A stretch of 64,000 bases of DNA from Eledone cirrhosa (Eukaryota): NCBI GenBank assembly GCA_964016885.1, contig OZ024748.1:25606001-25670000 (forward strand). Reading direction: 5' to 3'. The notes beneath the pieces were generated by a model, which did no database searches, had not been told where the DNA came from, and worked only from the letters and a program-made list of their open reading frames with translations. The position numbers and the translations under genes are program-made. Shown piece after piece: positions 54,769 through 64,000 of this stretch. How positions within the stretch are numbered: position 1 is the stretch's first letter; every line of letters begins with the position of its first letter.

Positions 54769-56816
54769 GAAGTATTTACAAAATATCTGCTTCAAAATAC
54801 AATGTGAACTAATTTGATAAAGTATTTCAATTTACAGCAAGCAGCATCTCACCTTTAATGTAAACCATCTAAATCTTAAGAATAAGGAAACAAATGAGAA
54901 ATATACTTTTTATTTTATTTTTTGGTTTTCTTTTACTAATACTCAAAATCAGTTAAGGTAAAATGTAAAATGAAAATATTTTGAAATTTTTCAATCTATG
55001 AAACAGATGTTATGGGGGGAAATGATATGGGTTGAACACCATAATAAAAACAGATGTTTGTTTGATATTAAGCTTTCATTCAGGTTTTATTAAGTTCCGG
55101 AAAACTTAGACAAGAGCTGAAGCAAAAGTCAAATCACCCATGTTTCTTTTGTGTCTCTTTTTTATTAAAATAATTGAAAATTTAAAGTTAGATTTGATTA
55201 ATAGTAAACGATGACACTAAATTATTTAAAACTATATAACTTATTTATAAGTTAATTACAGGTATGCTGGAAAGTGTCATTTGTTGAAAGTTTCAAAAAC
55301 AGCTCAGAATATAATCTTATTTTATTAAATATCAAAGCCACCTTTACTGCATCACTGGAAATAAGTGTTTTGTAAGCAAAAACAACATTCTATTAAGTTA
55401 TGTTGCTGTTACAGTAATAATAATAAGACAGTCATTCTCAGATTAAATTGAATTTTGTAATATTAGCACACAGTTCATTGTGCTCACTAATTTCAAATAA
55501 AATACACCTTGGACTCTCAACAAAATTGATTTTATGTATCACATTATCTCAATAATATTTTGACTATTATGCCCACTGACAGATATGATTTGATTATTGT
55601 TATTTATGAAATAGAAATGTAACATATTTTCTTATGGGCTGAAACAGGCCAAAGAGTCAGTAAAATGGGGGAATATTTACAAGATTAAATTCAAACATTG
55701 AATATTAGTTTTTTAAATGCCAGCATGCATATTTTCACACAGGTATTTAGGAGGTAGAATTTAGATGGGAGTGTTTAGGTGGTGATGTTTAATCATTTGG
55801 TTTTTAAATTTTGCTTCTATTTACTATGTTAACGGGAGTGTGATGGTTTTTGAACATTTAGATACTGGAATATGATTGAAGCAAGTGATTTTAAAGCTGG
55901 AAAACTTTCTCACTGCAAGCCATTAAATGAAAGTGGCAACTATTTCTAGCTGAGGTTGATTCAGACAAGTATTGTTATACACTATGATAAGAAATACAAT
56001 AAATGTAGCATAGCCTTAACTCTTGACCACATGATCACATTTGAGTAGCTTAACTCCTTAACATCTCATCCATTGTGCTTCTCTACATAAACTATAATAT
56101 TTATTAAATTTAAGACAATTTTCAAGCTTTCAATCTATTGTTATCATCATCTTCATGGCATCTAGAGAAGTTGTCACATCTTTGACACAACTGAAGAGTC
56201 CTCTTATCCTTTTTTGGCATGGTTTCTACAGCTGGACGTCCTTACTATCACCAACCACCTTACAAGGTATGTTTTTTCATGGCACCAACACGAGAGAGGT
56301 CTTTGTGTCATGGCTGAGGAGGCATTTCTTAGAACAGCAATATTTCCTAAGACAATGTTTAGTTTGTATCAAAGACAAATGACACATTTTAAAGAAACTG
56401 TTAAATTACTTTGAATAAATACATTTAAAGAATTATAAATCCCCCTGCTGTATGTAAATATATAAGTGTAAGCTGTAAATGGTTTGGTTTTATGGAATGA
56501 AGCAGATAAGAGATAAATTTTCCATTGGCAAGGAACCCCATGTTTCACAGGTAAGATGCCCCCTCTCACCAAAACTAAGTGATCTGAGGGTAACAAAGTG
56601 GTTTACTAACACAACACAATGAAATATCTACAGCAGATCTGAGATTATGATATATAGAAGAGGTGGTAAAGTAAACATTGCAAGGTCAAGGTCAATATTT
56701 GCTTCTTTTTGATGATTAGATGCCACACCAACTTCATGATTAACTAGGTTAACAGCTACTTCTATAACAATTGCCATCTTTATATGTGTGTGTGTGTGTG
56801 TGTGTGATATATATAT

Positions 56817-57046
56817 ATAAATGTAATCTGAGTTTTTCGAATATTAATAATAACATTTGATTCGTTTGCAATTTTGCAAACAAGCCTCAATTTTATAGCC
56901 ATGTCAGTTCTGTTCACATGCCAACATAAGAGCAAGAATGAAGTGTTCATTCTCCTGACATGGAAAATAAAATTGAGGCTTGTTTGCAAAATTGCAAACG
57001 AATCGAATGTTATTATTAATATTCGAAAAACTCAGATTACATTTAT
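56817..57046. repeat. Fold-back inverted repeat, ~90-bp arms and 47-nt loop
   Basis: 56817-56907 is the reverse complement of 56955-57046 with few mismatches; flanked by (TA)n/(TG)n. Confidence 0.95.
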
Positions 57047-57078
57047 TGTATTCAGCTATGTAGAGCGAAATTTTCTTT

Positions 57079-57109
<31 letters not shown>

Positions 57110-57121
57110 AATAAATATATG

Positions 57122-57153
<32 letters not shown>

Positions 57154-58141
57154 TGTATGTAAATGCTAAATATTCCACCCAAGCCAGCATAAATGAGATC
57201 AATGATTAAAATGATATGTAGCTTTATACTTGGTGCATAAATACATTCTAATGTGTAATATAATGAATCAAATAAGACATTTTCTTCTTATTTCTTGAGT
57301 GACTATTTCTGGAAATGAACTAGATAAAACACATTGGCTAAAAATGAGATTGATAGTATTACAACATATATATAAAAAGAAGAAAAATAATCTTCAGACA
57401 AATAAAGAAAGAATTTGGAGTCCATGCTGAAGTTATCAATATTTGATCTCGTGTTAAGAGTTGTTTTAAAATGAATTGTGTATCTATGTCTGTTACAAGA
57501 TAATAACACTGATTCAACATCTCAGGCAAACAAATTTTTATATCAAGATAATATTGAATTTCATTTTTGTTTGTAAATTGAAAATAAAATGTTGTTTCTA
57601 CAGTGAGTAAAACAATTTCAAAACCATGTTCATATTTTTTTTAAAAATGAACTTCACATTAAATAAAACAAATATAAATTGTTGTTGGTATTGTTGTCTT
57701 TGTTATTATTAATAACAACTGTATTGTCATTATTCTAAGGAACAATTTTAAAAAAACAGTACTGTGCAAGATAAAATTCCTTTTCAGTTTGAAATTAAGA
57801 TTGATAAAATTGACTCCACTTTACTCTTGTTGTTTTGCATAAACGTAAGAAATCATTATTAGTATTCAATGCACTGGGTAATTGCTGGCCTTGTGCCTAA
57901 AGTAGAAACAATTATTAGTATTCAAAGTGTCTTATATACTTAGTATACTACTATGTATGGACGTCTATGTGTGATTTCACTGTATTGATAGTACTTCATG
58001 TAATGTATGTGTTTCTTGTAAGTTATAAGCCACAGAAGTTTGGTTACCATGCATGTATTTGCTTCTATCATTTCCAGTGCACCTATTAATGCTGGAATTG
58101 CTTCTGTTTTTAATCACTAGATTCTGCATATCTGTTTCAAG

Positions 58142-58178
<37 letters not shown>

Positions 58179-58842
58179 AACAAGAAGTCAACAGGTTAAA
58201 ATTAACTTTCATTATTCATAGTCGCTGTTATATATATTTGAGTGATAACCATTATGCAACAGCTATGACCTCATCAGACAGCTAGAATTTGAACAGAAAA
58301 ACAGAAAAACATAACGATGGAATAAAGCTTACTTCTGTTATTTCAATTTTTTTATATGCTCAGCCCTGAAATTTAGTGTTGTTTTCTCAAGGCACCAATA
58401 TATATATATATATATATATATTGGAGTTGTATTTGTCTAGCAAGTAATTGATAATTACTGGATAGATGAGTAATTTTAGCCATTAAAACAAACTGATAAC
58501 TATATAAATAATCAATTTATTGTCTGGTGTTAAAATTTTAGTTTTAATTTTAGTTTTAGCCATGCATATATAATCATCATCATCACCGCATTGGTGCAGG
58601 CATGGCTTTGTAGTATCAGGTTCCATCCCACTGTGTGGCACTTTAGACTTTAGTCTTACATTGATCAATGTCTTCTGAGAGAATTTGGTAGATGGAAACT
58701 GTTAAAGAAGTTGATTTATTTATTTGTGTGAGTGTGCACATGTGGATGTGTATGCGTGTGTGTGTCTGCGCATGTGCATGCACTGGTCTTGGCATGGTAC
58801 AAACCTGGAAAGAACAAACTAAATACTGTAAAGTATTTTCAT

Positions 58843-58997
58843 CAACACTTCACCACTACCACACCATTCAACACGCCACCACTACCATACCACCCAACAC
58901 TTTACCACTACCACACCATCCAACACTTTACCACTACCACACTATTCAACACTTTACCACTACCATCCAACACTTTACCACTCCAATAAACACTTTA
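58843..58997. repeat. ~26-bp minisatellite (caacactttaccactaccacaccatc)
   Basis: About 5-6 tandem diverged units. Confidence 0.9.
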
Positions 58998-59421
58998 ACA
59001 TTGTCATTCAAACTACTTTTACTATCAAATATGATGTAGATGATGAATGATAATAATTATGGGAATATATACAGATACAAGTTTGTTGGAATTGAAGTTA
59101 TTTTGTGTAAACCTCAAATTTATCAGCTGAAAAAGCAATATCACATATTTACCAAGATAAACATTTACAGAAAATTATTCTTAATTCTCCCAGATATACC
59201 CAAATCAATGCCAGAAATAACTATTAATGTTTTCATTACTATATGTCTAATAAAAGTCACTCTCTATGGTTTGATGGAAGGTGTTCAGATAAATAGAAGC
59301 ATTTAAAACAAATAGTTTTGTATTACAGAACCAGAAGCCGTTTTAGGCAGTTTGGTGTGAAAAGGGTTAAATGACATAAACCAGAGTTTGGATCTATTTT
59401 GAAATATTATTTAGTAATGAA

Positions 59422-59740
59422 AATAATTGTTTCTACTTTTGGTACAAGGCCAGCAATTATCCCAGTGTATTACTGGTACTTTATTTTATCGACCCCATAA
59501 GGATGAAAGGCAAAGTTAACCTCGGTGGGATTTGAACTGAGACCATAAAGGGCCGTAACTCTTTGCTGCAAAACATGGCGTCAGACCTTCTACCGATACT
59601 GCCAATCCACCACAGTAATAATTGTTTCTACTTTTGGCACAAGGCCAGCAATTACCCAGTGCATTACATGTACTTTATTTTATGGACCCCGTAAGGATGA
59701 AAGGCAAAGTTAACCTTGGCGGGATTTGAACTCAGATCAT
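59422..59740 (-). mobile_element. Two tandem copies of a Meta-domain-like SINE
   Basis: Shared core aactttgcctttcatccttacggggtcgataaaataaagtaccag. Other copies at about 1100-1500 (x2), 7030-7310, 18495-18770, 24860-24930, 38905-39025, 57865-57915 and 59940-60220. The Meta-domain assignment is from recalled similarity. Confidence 0.8.
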
Positions 59741-62700
59741 TTAGTAATGAAAATAATGATAACTTGGAATATGAAAGTTTTATTTCAGATGAACACATCA
59801 CATTGAAGCATGGATACATAATGTCATTAATAGCCAAGTATAGCCACTAGAATCCATAGAGCATAACAATGATTTATCACATGGCATATTAATATAACAA
59901 CCATCATATTTTGCATTATGTATATGTATACATGGTATAGTCGGAGAATTGGCAGTCGTTAGAACATCAGATAGAATTTTTTGCTGTATTCATTACAGCT
60001 CTCTGCTCTCAGTTTAAATCCTGCTGAGGTCAACTTTGCCTTTCATCCACTTGAGGTCAATAAAAAAAAAAGTACCAGTCTAGTACTGGGGTTAATTCTT
60101 CCTCTATATCTCTTTCTGACTTCCATTCTACTGTACTAAAGCCTGGAGAGGGATGGGGTCTGCCAGGTTTAAAAATGCCCTAGAAATGCTGTATGACAAT
60201 ACGGCACCTCTGCAACTCCCATGCACACATACATGGTATATATGTGTATACATACACATCTACACATGAATAAATATCAAATTCCTGTCATTCTCCCAGA
60301 AATGGCCATTAAACTATATTAATTCTATGTAGAAAATTCTCTATGGTTATCAGACAGGATACAGTGTTAATGGAACTTTTTCGACATATTTCACATATAG
60401 AACAATGTATGTATATGACAAGACCAATTATTTCATGTAAACCTTTCGTTACTGCCTCAAATAATCACGGTCTTACCCCCCTGCCTGGAATTAATGGCAA
60501 TATTGACATCTCATTATAATGCTAGTGATAACTCATGAGTTCATTAACTCTGAAAGTAGCACATGGTACTGAATTGGTAAGATATTCTTAAAAAGTACAA
60601 AACAGCTCTATCACTGCATCACAGTAGATATTATAATTTTTACTTTAGTTTACTACAAATTTTTACAATAATCTGTCCACTAGTAAAGATGCTCTAAGTA
60701 TCTGAATTAACAAACCTGTTTTTAGATATTTTCTGTTAAATCATTACAGGATATTAAGTACATTGTCCAACATTCTATAAAATGAAATTTGTGATCGCTG
60801 AATTTTTAAAAATATATTTTTCCAAAACTTTTATATAACATTTTACACTTTAAACAAATGGATTCCAGCTTCGCATTCAGTAGCAGTGACTCCAAATTTG
60901 GAGTATTTTTGAAAGAAGAAGGCAGCAGTGGTAACAAATATTAAAGGCAAGACGCATTGTCATGTAGAGGAATTCAATTTCTGATTGTAATATTAACTCT
61001 ATCAGCGATTTTGAAACAAATATATTCTAGAAATATGATGGAATGTAAATTTATGGAATATATATATATATCTCCCTTAGTAATTTTTTTTAAAGAAACC
61101 AAGTACAACCATAGCCTTGTCAATGACTTGAAACCAATCATTTCATTTATTTTTTCCTATTGCAATATTCCAGACAATAACTGCAGAAACAAATTATTAC
61201 ATAGAAAAATTAAGAGGGCAGATTAGGGTCCAATACATGCTTGGATGAATTTCAATCATTTCTTTTGCAATAAATATATTAATGGACAATTGGAAGATAT
61301 CCAGAGAACTCTTTTGCAAACCCTACATTTCCAATATGGCGACCAAAACACAGTTTTTAAAGTTGTGTCAATATGAGATCCCATCACATACAAGGAAGAA
61401 TATCATGAGCCCTTATTTAAAGTTGTGTCAATATTTACATGTATAAGACACCAGCAGTTACCCCAACATGTGGGGAAAGAATACTGGGCATTGTACAAAA
61501 GACATTTAAGTTCTATTATCAAACTGAAAAACCCCCAAAAAACTGTTGATTAATGAAGAGATGATTAGATATAAGCGCTGATTATGTTTCCAACAATATA
61601 TGGATGAGAAATTTGTGAGGGTACTTTTGTGGTTTTAAACTTTATATCTAACGTATATATTGAGAGCTGTATATAAATAAAAAGTCCCATTGTTGTAATT
61701 TCATACAAACAGGATAAAAAATGAATTTCACTACTATTATCCTCTGCTCACCAGTTGAAGTGATTCCATCTATAATGTTATGTTTAGACAGTATGTATGA
61801 GTAGGCAATCACACATTCATCTAGTACAACTTAATAATGATAATGTCCTAGTTGGTTGTAGGTGAAACATAATGCCATGTATTAATATTATAGCTTAATT
61901 GGTTTGTTATATATAATTAGGAAGTGATAAAGTACATTTTTAGAAAATAGGAATTTTGGAGGGAACCAAATACATTTTTCTCTTTATTTTTTATTTGTTG
62001 TTTTAGAATGGAGAACTTATAAACAGAAACAGGGCAGAGAAATTTGAATATTTTAGTTTTCAGAAGAGCTGGGCTGCTGACAATGAGGTTCTATAATTTT
62101 GGCAGCTCCTTTTATTGACATATCAGGTGATGCCATCATCCACGGAAATGTGACAATGAGGTTCTTATCATTGTAGCAACTTGCTTTACCAACATATCAG
62201 GTGATGCTTGGAAGGGTGCTTCGTCATTGAGCCTTGCCATCACCCTCGGAAATGCTGAAAGTGTGTTGGCTTGCCTCACAAAATATTAGAGGGTAAACTC
62301 CAGCACCCATTGTTGTGCAGTGTGATTGAGTGTGAATATCTTTTACCACTTTTTTTCTCTTTTTTTTTAAAATAAAAAATAAAAATTGTATTTACTTGTA
62401 TGCAAATTCACATGAAATAAATAATGATTTCTTTCTAGTGGTTTAAAAGAAGGAAAACTTTGATGAAGTTTTTGAAATCTTGAAAAATTAGTGGAACAAA
62501 GACAGTACATAGAATGTTTTAGATTTTAAATGTTGAATGTTAAATTTGATATTTACTGATGAGCTGTGAGTTGGAATGTAGGGAAATTCCTTTAAATGTT
62601 TTGTATTTCAAGAAAACAATTTATTTACCTAAGATAAAAAATAAATAATTCTGAAAAAATAAATAAAATTGGGCTACATTGAGTGATATTTCTCACATCA

Positions 62701-63130
62701 CAGATGAATTCAGTTTAACTTTGCCACAATTATTTTTAGTGTGTGTGTGTGGGGGGGGCAATGTATGCATTACACACACATTAAATAAATCAGGAATCTA
62801 TAATCAACTGGTTTAATTTATAATATTAATGTGTGTGTGTGTGTGTTTACACACACACACATATAAAAGGTGATGCTCTAATATGGACACAGGCAAAAGA
62901 CTATCCGCACATACAGACACACATTTCAGAATGATGATGATCAATGAATTAGTTTTACTTGGAACTGTGAATTCGAAATCAAAAAGATGTTATGGACATC
63001 AGTAGCTGTTTTGTTTATATTGATGACCGGCGTAAAGGTTTTTTTAAAAAAGAGAAATAAATTGATATTTAGATTATATTAAAAGTAAATTAAGACAGAA
63101 GATATGTGGGAGAGAGAGAGATAGACTTAC

Positions 63131-63229
63131 ACTGAAGGAGTTGGACTTGTGCACAGAAGGAGTTCGTTTGTTCTTGCGGCCAGCCACTGGTGTTGAACCA
63201 GGCAAAACCCTGAAATCCAACTTAGAATC
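63131..63229 (-). CDS. AGAP1: AGAP linker exon variant A (DSKLDFRVLPGSTPVAGRKNKRTPSVHKSNSFS)
   Basis: tttattttag / AGT|gtaagt, 99 nt, phase 0-0. Shares the P.STP...RKNK and KSNS motifs with variants B and D. Confidence 0.85.
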
Positions 63230-63245
63230 CTAAAAATAAAAGTAG

Positions 63246-63258
63246 CATGCAGCATGCA
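63246..63258 (-). promoter_or_regulatory. Tandem UGCAUG (Rbfox-type) motifs upstream of variant A acceptor
   Basis: TGCATG at 63246-63251 and 63253-63258, with a third at 63343-63348. Confidence 0.6.
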
Positions 63259-64000
63259 TTGTCATTAAAATAAGATATTTTTAACATAACAACCAGCACA
63301 AGTTTCTTCAAAGGTCACTCTCAAAATCAACAGCAGCAAATACATGCAAACAAATTTCAAAAAAAAAAAATAAAGAAAAAGAAAAGAACATATTTTTAAA
63401 AAAATGTTAAAAAACACATTAATAGCAACTTCTAACATTTCAGAACTTCATAATATATTGGAATAGTAATTAATAAGAGTCAACTAGTGGTTCCAGTCAT
63501 TAGGGTGTTATAATAAAAGTTGTGGTGTCTGTGTATGCACACACACATACGCACATGTAAAAATATATAAAGCTATTTTTCCAATTGTCTTCCAGTTAAT
63601 TTTAAAATGAGTCTTTATCAACAGATATAAATGAGTCTTTATCAACAGATATAAATTGAATGTGTCATGGTAAAGACAGCAACAGATATTAATTGAATGT
63701 GCCATGGTAAAGACAGCAATAGTTATGTTTAATGCGTCAGAAATGTTTTAATGTGTCACACACTGGAGGACTAAATAGCACAAATATTAGAGGAAGGGTG
63801 CGAATTACTGGAAACTAGAGAACTCTTTGACTGGACTTCAATACAATAAATGTTGAAGAGACAAAAGTAAATGAGACAACAGAAACGATAAATTTAAACA
63901 TAAATAAATAAATAAACAAATAATAATAATAAATCACAACTTTCTCAAAGGCTTGAAAGACATCTAGCCAGAAAAACTAATAATGGAATCCAATGAAAAT

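Noticed and set aside
54853-54874. Strong AAG|gtgaga donor with a pyrimidine tract near variant B
   Set aside because: Possible exons of 16 or 22 nt break the frame; no other support.
60850-60960. Minus-strand frame LLPSSFKNTPNLESLL as a fifth variant exon
   Set aside because: No usable acceptor, an upstream in-frame stop, and only superficial similarity.

Overview
AT-rich, microsatellite- and retroposon-dense animal genomic DNA. The repeat landscape (RTE LINEs with (GAT)n tails, tRNA-SINEs, Penelope and R4/Dong remnants) suggests an octopod cephalopod, which is an inference. The whole window lies inside one minus-strand gene, an AGAP/centaurin-gamma Arf-GAP. Ten GT-AG exons from 32276 down to 2558 splice in frame and encode the split PH domain and most of the ArfGAP zinc finger; the GTPase-like N-terminus and ankyrin C-terminus lie outside the window. 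Main discovery: the upper 32 kb holds four paralogous, symmetric phase-0 exons (41052-41138, 47206-47307, 54412-54498, 63131-63229). Each encodes a variant of the 'PTPSSTP..RK.RRRSNLF' linker, and three have (U)GCAUG motifs just upstream of the acceptor, so this is a candidate mutually exclusive exon cluster. Second theme: minimal type I hammerhead-ribozyme-like motifs of Penelope/retrozyme type, several embedded in long fold-back palindromes. Also present are a near-intact 5'-truncated RTE LINE with a PHD finger inside its RT, inverted LINE pairs within single introns, and a tRNA-Phe pseudogene. Everything was read by eye; no database searches were run.
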